Shown piece by piece: positions 1 to 8,908 of a stretch of DNA of 64,000 nucleotides; positions within the stretch are counted from its first letter, which is position 1, and every line of letters starts with the position of its first letter. Position numbers and translations under genes: made by a program. Source of the stretch: Chloroflexota bacterium (GTDB lineage Bacteria > Chloroflexota > Dehalococcoidia > FW602-bin16); assembly GCA_004297765.1 (NCBI GenBank), contig SCTZ01000085.1, forward strand, positions 10,240-74,239, given 5' to 3'. The notes beneath the pieces were generated by a model. It saw only the letters and a program-made list of their open reading frames with translations. It searched no databases and had not been told where the DNA came from.

Positions 1-161
1 TCACGAGCAGGCACAGTATAGCGACTGGGCTGTCAACAGCTGGTTGATGGACCGTTACGAAAGGGTTGAGATGAACGAACCCGGCGGCAGGACGGGGTGA
101 GACCGGCCGCTGCCGGTCTCCACCCCGGCCCGTCCTGGCGCGTCTACGGGTCGGCCTACAT

Positions 162-338
162 CTACGAGACGTATATGCTGATGCACCCGAAGTTCGCATC
201 GGTCGAGCAGTTCGGATCGGCATTGATAACCAGCTTGCCATTGACCAGGTCAAAGTCCTTCTTCGTGCCAGCCCCGCCGAGGGTCAACTGGTCGATCCGC
301 CCATACTCGATCAACTCTGGACTCTTGTACTTGTTCAC
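162..338 (-). CDS. lasso peptide precursor, copy A1 (58 aa; too short for the ORF track)
   Basis: Hand translation of the minus strand gives (M)NKYKSPELIEYGRIDQLTL/GGAGTKKDFDLVNGKLVINADPNCSTDANFGCISIYVS, ending at TAG 164-162. A GGAGG RBS lies 7-10 nt upstream of a TTG-GTG start pair, with an in-frame TGA just upstream. The leader fits the lasso motif YxxPxLx3Gx5Tx and is followed by a Gly1 core. It is a paralog of 2480-2656. Confidence 0.7.
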   Translation of the reverse strand: MNKYKSPELIEYGRIDQLTLGGAGTKKDFDLVNGKLVINADPNCSTDANFGCISIYVS

Positions 339-580
339 CAAGAATCACCTCCTTCCCATGCGGCGTCGGCGCCTGCAGCACCGCTGCATTCTACTTCGGT
401 GCCGCAAGGACCTATGATTGTCCCGAACCGGGTCGCAACAGGGCGATGGCATGCCCGCCTCCACAATCGCGACCCGACCCGGCGCCGCGATTCCACCTCA
501 CCACACGAGACCTCTTTCACGAAGAGCGAAGCGCGATCCCGTGGACGTGGACCACCAATCAGCAAACCCAGCGATGATCC

Positions 581-2341
581 CTATGACAGGGATGAAACCA
601 GAGCATCCCCCGCTGGCCTGGCGCCGGCAAACTGCAAGTCGAACAACTCCCGGTATACTCCGCGATACGCTAACAACTCCGCGTGTGTGCCTTGCTCAAC
701 AATTCGGCCGTTCTCGATGACGAGAATGCGATCCGCCCGCTGAACTGTCGCCAGGCGATGGGCGATGACGAACGTCGTACGGTTTAGCATCAGATTGTCC
801 AAGGCCGCCTGCAGTTGGTGTTCGGAGCGCGCATCCAACGCAGAGGTCGGCTCATCGAGAATCAGAATGCGTGGATCTCGCAAGATGGCTCTTGCGATAG
901 ACAGACGCTGTTTCTGTCCCTCGGACAGATGGGTGCCTCTCTCGCCGACCAGGGTATCCAACCCATTCGGAAGGCGCTCGATGAATTCCCACGCATTGGC
1001 GGACCGGGCCGCGGCGATGATTTGGGTCTCGCTGGCGCCGTCACGGCCAAAGGCGATATTCTCACGAATCGACGTCGCGAACAGATAGGTGTCCTGAAAA
1101 ACAATGGCAATCTGACTCCGCAACCAGTCGAGTGACAGGTCACGCAAATCTGTCCCGTCGAGCAGAACGCGCCCTCTGATTGGATCATAGAAGCGCGCAA
1201 TCAGGCTAACCAATGTCGTCTTTCCGGCGCCGCTGGGTCCCACCAGCGCGATCACCTGCCCGGGCTGCCCCGTTAGGCTCACATCGGCAAGCACGGACTG
1301 ACCTGGAACGTGCTCGAAACTGACATCATCGAAGGCGATGCATCCCCTGATGTTGCTCGGAACCCTGGCCTCAACGCGTTCCTGAACCTGGGGCTTTTGA
1401 TCCAGAAACTCGTAGACCCGGTCTGCCGCTCCGAGCGCCTTTTGCACGCCGCTGACCAGTCTCAAAAGCTGGCCGGCCGGTTGAAACACATACCCGAAGA
1501 GTGAGTTCATCGCGACCAGAGTTCCCACCGTGGCATCGCCCTGCATCACCAGATAGCCACCATAGCCCAGAATCACCAGTGTCACCGCCAGCGAGAACAG
1601 CGACTGGCCAGACTGAATAGCGGTGTCGATCATGACAACGCGCATACGCAGCCTCAACAGCTCACCCAAGGTAGTAAGGAAGCGGATTCGCTGTGCGTGT
1701 TCCTGCCCAAACGCGACGATCTCACGAATACCGGCCAGGTTCTCCTGAATACGCTCGGTTAGCTCTGCGGCCTTTTCCTGTGCTCTCCGTGTTGCCGGAC
1801 GCAGCGGTCGCGTTACCACGGCTGCAGCCACCGACACCAGAGGCGGGGCGACCCCGGCGATGATCGCCAGTTGCGGGCTCAACACGAACATGAGCGCCGC
1901 TCCGAGCAGCAGCGTCGTGATACTCCCCAGCGCCCCAGCGACTGTCGAGCTGAAGAGGTTCGTCAGACTCGGCACGTCATTAGCAAACAGAGACAGGGTT
2001 CGTCCACTATGCTCGCGACGCGAGAACGCCAGCGACAGGGTTTCGCAGTGAGCGAAGACGCGGTGGCGAAAGTGCAGCGTGATCCGCTCGGTGAGATACG
2101 TAGCCAGGGTGGCACCAAAGATTTGGAAGACCGTGGCGACCAGCCAAAGCCCAACATACTGGGCCAGGGTCTCCAGCAGCAGATCTGGCTGCCTGGCCAG
2201 GATGACTTCATCTATCAGTTTCTTCTCTACGAGCGGAAGGGCCAGAACGAGCGGCGGCGTGAGCATGGCCAGCAGCAGCAACGGAACCCAAAGCTTCCAC
2301 AGGGTTCGCGAATCACCCAAAGCACGCAGGAACGTTTTCAT
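581..2341 (-). CDS. ABC transporter, fused permease/ATPase (likely lasso peptide exporter/immunity, McjD-type)
   Basis: 586-aa ORF with an N-terminal multi-TM exporter domain. Walker A GPSGAGKTT, ABC signature LSEGQKQRLSIARA, Walker B ILILDEPTS. It sits between the two precursor copies and downstream of the cyclase. Confidence 0.88.
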   Translation of the reverse strand: MKTFLRALGDSRTLWKLWVPLLLLAMLTPPLVLALPLVEKKLIDEVILARQPDLLLETLAQYVGLWLVATVFQIFGATLATYLTERITLHFRHRVFAHCETLSLAFSRREHSGRTLSLFANDVPSLTNLFSSTVAGALGSITTLLLGAALMFVLSPQLAIIAGVAPPLVSVAAAVVTRPLRPATRRAQEKAAELTERIQENLAGIREIVAFGQEHAQRIRFLTTLGELLRLRMRVVMIDTAIQSGQSLFSLAVTLVILGYGGYLVMQGDATVGTLVAMNSLFGYVFQPAGQLLRLVSGVQKALGAADRVYEFLDQKPQVQERVEARVPSNIRGCIAFDDVSFEHVPGQSVLADVSLTGQPGQVIALVGPSGAGKTTLVSLIARFYDPIRGRVLLDGTDLRDLSLDWLRSQIAIVFQDTYLFATSIRENIAFGRDGASETQIIAAARSANAWEFIERLPNGLDTLVGERGTHLSEGQKQRLSIARAILRDPRILILDEPTSALDARSEHQLQAALDNLMLNRTTFVIAHRLATVQRADRILVIENGRIVEQGTHAELLAYRGVYRELFDLQFAGARPAGDALVSSLS

Positions 2342-2479
2342 GCAAGCTCCGATCCGTCAGCTGTACTGGCAACACAACGGCACTCTTGGACCTCACTAAC
2401 CCCCGCCAGGAGAGGGTGAGGCCGACCGTGGCCGGCCCCGCCCCGGCCCAGCATGGCGCGTCTACGGGCCAGCTTGCGT

Positions 2480-2656
2480 CTACGAGATGAAAATGTTGAT
2501 GCACCCGTAGTTGGCATCGGTCGAGCAGTTCGGATCGGTATTGATGACCAGCTTGCCGTGGACCAAGTCAAAGTCTTTCTTCGTGCCAGCCCCGCCAAGA
2601 GTCAACTGGTCGATCCGCCCATACTCGATCAACTCTGGGCTCTTGTACATGTTCAC
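2480..2656 (-). CDS. lasso peptide precursor, copy A2 (58 aa)
   Basis: This is the C-terminal part of the 77-aa ORF 2480..2713. AGGAGGTGA precedes the conserved TTG-GTG start (GTG at 2656; alternative ATG at 2650). Product: (M)NMYKSPELIEYGRIDQLTL/GGAGTKKDFDLVHGKLVINTDPNCSTDANYGCINIFIS. It has the same YxxPxLx3Gx5Tx leader, Thr at -2 and Gly at core position 1. Confidence 0.75.
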   Translation of the reverse strand: MNMYKSPELIEYGRIDQLTLGGAGTKKDFDLVHGKLVINTDPNCSTDANYGCINIFIS

Positions 2657-2895
2657 CAAGGCATCACCTCCTTTCCACGCAATGTCGGCACCTTCCACAC
2701 CACTCGGCCGCACCAGCGCGCAGCAAGGACTGTCTCTGTCGTAGATCGCGTTGCGGCGAAGTCTGCGACATGTCGGACTTCCATGAGCGCACTCCGTCCA
2801 GGCGCCGCAACTCCACTTCTCTCAAAAACGGGAAGTTCTTCACGATCAGCGAAGCCCAGTCCCGTGGAGGTGGACCGTTCGAAGGCGAGCCTGTG

Positions 2896-4887
2896 TCAAC
2901 TTGCAAAGCCCGTTATTGGCGATAGAAACCCATCGCCAGCGGACGGAACCATCGTGAGCCGCGCGCGCGGGAGCAAGAGCGTGCGCAGCCAGGTTTCCAG
3001 CCCCACCATCTGCGTCACGTAGACGACGTCTACCCCGTCGTCGCCTGCGCGCACATCCAAAAGCCGCTGCCAGAACCTGTCTTGATCCACATAGCCTCTC
3101 CGCGCAATCTCTGACCGCGCCGATGGTCCGAAGACCGCCTCGTAGAGCGGCCACTGTCGCTGCACTTCGTTCACCGACGCCGAACCGAAGTGCACCTTCG
3201 ATGTACGTGTCAGGATGCTGTCGGGAACGATGCCGCGCAGGGCGCGACGCACCAGCAGTTTCGATCCGGCGTAGAACTCGTCAGAGACAGGATGCGGCGC
3301 GAATTTCTGCTCCGGCGGAATCGCGAGAAGAAACTCGTGTAGCCGTCGATCGGCGAACGGGCGCCAGATCTGTATCGGCCACGGCACCGGATGCCGGGCC
3401 ACCTCCGGGGGATACAGTAGGCGATACTCGCTCTCGCGCGAGGGGCTGGAGAAGCGTCGTTTGCACTCCAATGCCAGCCACAACTGCAGATGCCGCTGGG
3501 ACAAATCATCGCGTAACCCCCCTGGCATCCAGGGTGGCAACAGCCGCCTTCCATAACCGCCAATAACGCGACGCGTATACCCGGTCATAAGCCGCTTCTG
3601 AGCGGCCAGCGGCAGTAGAGGAGCCAGCACGTGGAACACGAGTGTCTTCCGCAGTGGCTCTTCTGATAGACTGTCATACTTCGTGAGGTGCTGCCAGAAA
3701 CTCCTCACCTGGCCGCGGCGCAGCAGGGAATCGAAGACCAGCCGCGATCCGCCGACACATGCATCGGCGACATCGCCAGTCAGGATCGCCCTCACTCGCG
3801 CCTCGGTTGCGGCGCCAAAAACGATGTTGCGCACCTCGTTGACGCCCATGTTGGGCGCTTCCATAAACCCACGTGGTTCTGGCTGTAGACGTCCACCGAG
3901 CTTTCCGCACGAGAGAAGCCGCGCCGAAAAGCCATACTTCGCCTGGATATCTGAAATCAAAGGGCGTTCGTCGCAATCCAGACCGCTAAACACGGAACTA
4001 AGGCTAATGAACCCATGATACTTGGCGGATCCGAGCCGGTAGAGTTCCTGGGCAGCACAAACGACCGAGGACGAGTCAAGCCCACCGCTCAATAGGGCGC
4101 CTACCGGACGCGAACTCCGCAGACGCGAGCGCACCACCTGGTAGAAGAGCGTCCGGTAGTGCTCAGCATACTCTTCATCATGGCGATAGCGCAGCTCCCG
4201 CGGGGGCCGCAGCTCCCAGTAGCGCCACACACGCAGCATCTCACGGTCAACGACAAGAGCATGCCCGGCCGGGAGCGCAAGGATCCCCTCGAAGAAGGTC
4301 GCGGCCTGATCCTTGTCGTTCTGAAACATATTCAGAGGAACCAGAGAGTCGCGAATGCACTCCTCATTCGGGACGATGGGCACGCTAGGATCCTGAAGCA
4401 ACTGATGGATCTCCGACGCGGCGGCAAACGATCGGCGATCTGCACGGTAAAAGAGACCGCGCTGTCCGCTCGTATCGCGGGCGCAGATCATGCGTTGCTG
4501 CCGTGGATCCCAGATCATGAAGGCAAAGTCACCGAGCAGGCGCGCGAGAGCGTCCAGCCCCCAGGCGTCGTACGCGTGCAAAATCAACTCGGCGTCACCC
4601 GACGTTGGTTCCAGCCCTGCCGAAAGCCGAGATAGCAACTCGTCGCGATTGTCCAGCCGCGCGTCCGCAATGATGGTACAACCCGACCTAGAGCTGGTAA
4701 CAGGCTGCTGCTCCAAGTCGTCTTCAGGAGTTACGGCCATCTTCGCGAAGCCAAGGACCAGCGCGCCAAAGGACTTCACGCACGTGCCATCCGGCCCGCG
4801 ATATGGAATGGCCGCCAGCATTTTCTGGACGGCACTTTCATCTGCCGGCCGCCCATCCTGATGGAACAGTACAGCAAGACCGCTCAT
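2896..4887 (-). CDS. lasso peptide cyclase (asparagine synthetase-like, McjC-type)
   Basis: Asn-synthetase B fold with PP-loop LLSGGLDSSSVV. The N-terminus MSGLAVLFHQDG is typical of lasso cyclases. ATG at 4887 overlaps the stop of the upstream kinase gene (TGATG), suggesting translational coupling. Confidence 0.9.
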   Translation of the reverse strand: MSGLAVLFHQDGRPADESAVQKMLAAIPYRGPDGTCVKSFGALVLGFAKMAVTPEDDLEQQPVTSSRSGCTIIADARLDNRDELLSRLSAGLEPTSGDAELILHAYDAWGLDALARLLGDFAFMIWDPRQQRMICARDTSGQRGLFYRADRRSFAAASEIHQLLQDPSVPIVPNEECIRDSLVPLNMFQNDKDQAATFFEGILALPAGHALVVDREMLRVWRYWELRPPRELRYRHDEEYAEHYRTLFYQVVRSRLRSSRPVGALLSGGLDSSSVVCAAQELYRLGSAKYHGFISLSSVFSGLDCDERPLISDIQAKYGFSARLLSCGKLGGRLQPEPRGFMEAPNMGVNEVRNIVFGAATEARVRAILTGDVADACVGGSRLVFDSLLRRGQVRSFWQHLTKYDSLSEEPLRKTLVFHVLAPLLPLAAQKRLMTGYTRRVIGGYGRRLLPPWMPGGLRDDLSQRHLQLWLALECKRRFSSPSRESEYRLLYPPEVARHPVPWPIQIWRPFADRRLHEFLLAIPPEQKFAPHPVSDEFYAGSKLLVRRALRGIVPDSILTRTSKVHFGSASVNEVQRQWPLYEAVFGPSARSEIARRGYVDQDRFWQRLLDVRAGDDGVDVVYVTQMVGLETWLRTLLLPRARLTMVPSAGDGFLSPITGFAS

Positions 4888-5912
4888 CAGACCTCCAGAT
4901 CCGCCAGCACCCGTGCACACACCGCGTCCTGGCTGTGGTGACCGTTAGGGAAACTGAGAACGCGTACAGGCACTCGCGATACCAGGCGCGCATAGAACAT
5001 AAAGAGTGCTGCGCTCTGGGCCGGTTGAACAAGGGAGCTCCATGACGTCTGCGCGAGCAGCGTAGTGAGGGACTCGCGCTGGCTTAATTCCTCGATCCGA
5101 ATATCATCATGCCCGCAGGACAGCGGGTCGTAGCGATCGAGCACGTATATGGCGCGCAAGCGGGCGGGCTCTGGCGCGAAGGCATACCGACCGTCCAGGG
5201 CAAACAACTTCTTGTCCACGTTCGGCATCAGCTGAGGCAATTCCTCGGCGAGATCCAGCGTATGCACCGCGGTCTCGTTCCACAGCTTCATGGCCGGCAA
5301 GGCCGGGCCCCCATAGACGCCATCCTCGCGCATAAGCAGGGGCAGGGCATCATCAGTCAACAGCGCTGCCCCGCGACGCAAAAAACTCGCCGCCATGGTG
5401 GATTTGCCTTGACCGTGCGTTCCCAGAAAGGCGACCGCACCCTGCCCGGTCACAACGGCACTCGCGTGCAAGCAAGGGTACCCTAGCTCGCGGAGGACAA
5501 GGATTGAGATCTGGCCAGCGAGCATCAATCCCAGGGTGCGCTCGTTGCCCGACGGTTCTGGATACACGTCCACGTGCCGAGCTCCGGGATGGATGTGGCA
5601 TGTGGCGAGGGAGGGATGACGAATCCAGGTCCCCGTCGGACCAGCGTGCATGACGCAGATGATGTTGCCATGCTGACAGCGCACCTCAGCGACGAGCGGC
5701 TCATCTAGTTGAGCCGGGACTGACGCTGTTTCCATTCGCCGGAAAACCCAATCAGGCGCTTTTTCTTCTGATAAGATGAGCGGCGAGGTGGGCAGACGGA
5801 AATCACTCCGGACAGTCATTCCATACACGGAGTACCAAACTGGCTCCGCCTGTCCACAGATCGCTTCTCCCCGCTCTCGATCGTCACAAGTAGCACATGC
5901 ACTTACTGCCAC
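4887..5912 (-). CDS. HPr kinase/phosphorylase-like serine kinase associated with lasso clusters
   Basis: 341-aa ORF with P-loop FLGTHGQGKSTMAASFLRRGAALLTDD, resembling the HprK C-terminal domain. It lies between the B2 protease and the cyclase, as in kinase-containing (paeninodin-type) lasso clusters. The exact start is uncertain. Confidence 0.72.
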   Translation of the reverse strand: MAVSACATCDDRERGEAICGQAEPVWYSVYGMTVRSDFRLPTSPLILSEEKAPDWVFRRMETASVPAQLDEPLVAEVRCQHGNIICVMHAGPTGTWIRHPSLATCHIHPGARHVDVYPEPSGNERTLGLMLAGQISILVLRELGYPCLHASAVVTGQGAVAFLGTHGQGKSTMAASFLRRGAALLTDDALPLLMREDGVYGGPALPAMKLWNETAVHTLDLAEELPQLMPNVDKKLFALDGRYAFAPEPARLRAIYVLDRYDPLSCGHDDIRIEELSQRESLTTLLAQTSWSSLVQPAQSAALFMFYARLVSRVPVRVLSFPNGHHSQDAVCARVLADLEV

Positions 5913-6439
5913 TACTGCCTCTCCCTCGGAGCCGCATCGGACGACGCACGTGGTCGATGGGCGCCAACGTGTAAGATCGGGGCCGGGCGCTTCTTTCCGG
6001 GGTCGTTGCCGAGCGGCGTGAAGGGCGCCACTGATGCAGCCTCCTCATGCACGACGTATCCCGCCAACTCCACCCAGGCGTGGGCGGCCAACGCCCCGTG
6101 TTCTTTTCTCACCCCGATACGCAGTTCACTGGGAAGTCCTTCGCTAAGAAGCCAGTGGTGTAGACCAAGTGAGCGATGCAGGCACTGGGCACGGATGAAG
6201 TGGTGATGTGATGCGGACTCGATCACTCGCGCATACCGTCGTGCACGCCGATAATCGTCTTTGCTCACGCTGCATCTCTCCGGGTCCGCGATCGGCCGCG
6301 CTTTCTCCAGCACACGCTGGTAGCCGAGGAGCTTCAGCCCAACGTCGATAACAACGAGATGCGCGAACGCACGGAGGTACAGCCATCGATCGGAGTTTGA
6401 CAGCGCCGCGTATCGTCTGAACATTGAAAGCACGCGCAT
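5912..6439 (-). CDS. lasso peptide leader protease B2 (transglutaminase-like Cys protease)
   Basis: Motifs ...RAQCLHRSLGLHHWLLSEGLPSELRIGV...AAHAWVELAG match the Cys/His core of lasso B2 proteins. Start taken at MRVLSMFRRY (6439). Confidence 0.85.
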   Translation of the reverse strand: MRVLSMFRRYAALSNSDRWLYLRAFAHLVVIDVGLKLLGYQRVLEKARPIADPERCSVSKDDYRRARRYARVIESASHHHFIRAQCLHRSLGLHHWLLSEGLPSELRIGVRKEHGALAAHAWVELAGYVVHEEAASVAPFTPLGNDPGKKRPAPILHVGAHRPRASSDAAPRERQ

Positions 6440-6461
6440 TATGCCCCGCCTCTGTGGAGCC

Positions 6462-6743
6462 TCACTCGTCCGAGATCCGCACCAGACCCTTCGCACTCAG
6501 TTGACCGATGAGCTGAAAGAGATCTCGTCGCAGACGATCGGGCTCCACGTCATACTCGGTGAGGAGCTGGCTGGTGATCTCGGATTCGGTCGCACCCTGA
6601 ATAAGAAGCCGCCAGATCCGGGTCCCCACGTCATCCAATCCGTAGTAGATGCCGGTCTTGACGTTCAACAGAATCGCTTCGTCGTCCAGGTTGGCCCAGG
6701 TGACCGATTCATCGATCACTATTCTCCGCTGGAGTGTGGACAT
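6462..6743 (-). CDS. PqqD-family RiPP recognition element (lasso B1)
   Basis: MSTLQRRIVIDESVTWANLDDEAILLNVKTGIYYGLDDVGTRIWRLL...LSAKGLV is a typical PqqD/RRE sequence. GAGGAGG RBS lies upstream of the ATG at 6743. Confidence 0.85.
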   Translation of the reverse strand: MSTLQRRIVIDESVTWANLDDEAILLNVKTGIYYGLDDVGTRIWRLLIQGATESEITSQLLTEYDVEPDRLRRDLFQLIGQLSAKGLVRISDE

Positions 6744-7217
6744 CCCCCTGCCTCCTCGTGTAGCGCATGAAGCAGCCGCACGTTGCTCTCCTTCGGTCAA
6801 GAGGGGCGACCCCGCCATGACCCTCTCGTGCAGTGTCGCCCCCCATGTTCCAAGATAACAGCCAGACGTCTACTATATGTTTCTAGCCTGTTGAGGTTTT
6901 GTTGAGACGGATCGAATGCTCGCACGAATGTTCCCCAGGGGAATTGAACTACAGCAAGGTCCATCAACTCCTCGCTCAGCCACAGCAGAGGAGACCTGCC
7001 CCTGGCCATCTGGCTGGACCTGAGGACATCTACGTCACGTGCCCCTGGGATGGCGCACTTAGTGCTTCGTTCCTCAAGTCCGGCATCCTGTCTGAGAAGA
7101 CCGCTGCGGTTTAGGAAACCGCGGCGGTCTACGGCGGCGGTCCAACTGCGCCGTCTCCGCAACGTGATACTGACTTACGGAACGACGCACTCAGGGTGGC
7201 TGGAAAGGGGCAGAGAG

Positions 7218-7910
7218 TTATGAGGCCTCGGCAACGAACCGATATCCAACACCGTGCAACGCACGAATGGAGCCAGGGCCATTCGACGGCAACGCCAGCT
7301 TCTGACGAAGGTGGCAGATATGCGTCTTCAGTAAAGACGAGTCTCCTCCGTCATGGCCATACCGCCAGGCATATTCGACCAATCGACCCGAGCTAACCAC
7401 TCGTCCGGCATTGCTGACCAGCAGATACAGCAACCGAAACTCCAGCGGCGTCAGTTGGACTCGCCGGTCTCCGCGGCTAGCGCTGTGGGACTCGATATCC
7501 AGCGACAACTCCCCCAGCCGCAGCTCCCGCGTGGGCTCAGGCTCTGTGGTGCTTGCTGCGCGCCGCCAGATGGCACGGATACGCATGGCGAGCTGGCGAA
7601 GGCTGAATGGCTTCGTTACGTAATCGTCCGCTCCATACTGGAAGCCCTGAACTACGTGCTCCTCGTCGTCCAGACCGGTGAGCAGAATAACGGGCGTCGA
7701 GCCGCTCTGGCGGATCCTACGGCACACTTCGAATCCGCTCAAGCGCGGCAATCCCACATCCAGCACGACCAGGTCTGGCTGGTCAGAGCGCCAGCGCTGG
7801 ATGGCCTGGATTCCGTCGCTTGCCGCGATGACGTTGAAGCCTTCTCTCCGCAGACCATAGGACGTAACGTCCAGCAGGTCCAGATCGTCATCAACGAGCA
7901 GAATCCTCAT
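7218..7910 (-). CDS. OmpR-family response regulator
   Basis: Receiver domain (MRILLVDDD, DLVVLDVGLP, KPF) plus a winged-helix output domain (LTPLEFRLLYLL...GVGYRF). The start at 7910 abuts the HK stop at 7907. Confidence 0.9.
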   Translation of the reverse strand: MRILLVDDDLDLLDVTSYGLRREGFNVIAASDGIQAIQRWRSDQPDLVVLDVGLPRLSGFEVCRRIRQSGSTPVILLTGLDDEEHVVQGFQYGADDYVTKPFSLRQLAMRIRAIWRRAASTTEPEPTRELRLGELSLDIESHSASRGDRRVQLTPLEFRLLYLLVSNAGRVVSSGRLVEYAWRYGHDGGDSSLLKTHICHLRQKLALPSNGPGSIRALHGVGYRFVAEAS

Positions 7911-8908
7911 GCAGTGTTCCTCCATACCAGGCGACGTGCGCGGGCCTTCCTGTTTTGCATGCGGTAGATTGGGAGCCGGAACCAGAACGAGGCGCCGTTG
8001 CCGGGCTCGCTATCCAAACCGACTATCCCCCCGTGCAGCCGCACCAGACCATCGACGATGTGCAAACCGAGCCCCAGTCCACCTGCGCGGTTGTTCGCGG
8101 CTGCCGACCCGCGTGCGTATCGCCCGAAAATGCTGGTCCGCTCACCCGGGGCAACGCCGGGGCCGTGGTCGGTCACCCGCACCCGAACCCAACTCGCCGC
8201 AACACAGACAGACAGGTCGATGACATCGCCCTGGTTGCTATACTTGCTAGCATTCGTCAGCAAGTTCACCACGATCTGGCGCAGGAAGAACGGATCACCG
8301 TAAACACAGGGATTGGCCGTTCGTCCAGACAGACGCACCTGCTGATTCTTCCGCTCAAGTAGCGGCTGAACGAGAGCCAGCGCCGACTCTATGCACTCTG
8401 ACAACTGGACCACAGAGCGACGCAGCGGTAGATGTCCAGTCTCAAGGGCGGCCCAAATAGTCAAGTTTTCAGCCAGTCCCTCCAGCCACGTCAGCCCAGA
8501 CTGAAGGCGCGACAGGAGCTGATCGACCTCCTCCGGGTTCAGGTCCGAGGATCCAGCCAGCATTTCCAGGCTCACCTGCATAGTAGCCAACGGGGTACGC
8601 AACTCATGGGCAACAGTGGCCAAGACATCATGCGCCGCCTGATGAGCAAGCCTGGGCTGCTCCACCACAGCGGGCGTCGGATCGGCTTGGTTAAGGCTAG
8701 GCACGGAGACAGAAGAGTCGAAGCTACAAGTTGCCGTGTTCATGCCCTGCCGACCTCCAAACATAGATTCCATACTGTAAATCGACCGCGCCGCGAAATC
8801 TGTAAAGCAGTCGACCTGAAGCGGTCGTATCCGGGCTCGATCAAACGCTCGACCAGTCCGGACAAGATGAATCCGGCGAAGCGAGTCACCGCCGTACGCA
8901 TGGACCAC
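7907..8908 (-). CDS. sensor histidine kinase (HisKA + HATPase only, no TM or sensor domain visible)
   Basis: H-box ATVAHELRTPL, N-box VNLLTNASKYS, G-boxes DHGPGV and GGLGLGLHIV. Only about 85 aa precede the H-box and none are hydrophobic. The true start may be an internal Met (MESMFGG or MNTATC). Confidence 0.82.
   Translation of the reverse strand: MVHAYGGDSLRRIHLVRTGRAFDRARIRPLQVDCFTDFAARSIYSMESMFGGRQGMNTATCSFDSSVSVPSLNQADPTPAVVEQPRLAHQAAHDVLATVAHELRTPLATMQVSLEMLAGSSDLNPEEVDQLLSRLQSGLTWLEGLAENLTIWAALETGHLPLRRSVVQLSECIESALALVQPLLERKNQQVRLSGRTANPCVYGDPFFLRQIVVNLLTNASKYSNQGDVIDLSVCVAASWVRVRVTDHGPGVAPGERTSIFGRYARGSAAANNRAGGLGLGLHIVDGLVRLHGGIVGLDSEPGNGASFWFRLPIYRMQNRKARARRLVWRNTA

Noticed and set aside
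100-118. GACCGGC-cgct-GCCGGTC hairpin downstream of precursor A1 as an intrinsic terminator
   Set aside because: The stem is good, but no U-tract follows on the minus strand, so it was not reported as a terminator.
97-417. 106-aa plus-strand ORF, and its twin at 2511..2744
   Set aside because: Both are antisense shadows of the duplicated lasso precursor cassette. The minus-strand reading has an RBS, the lasso leader motif and a conserved C-terminus. The plus-strand products have no motifs.
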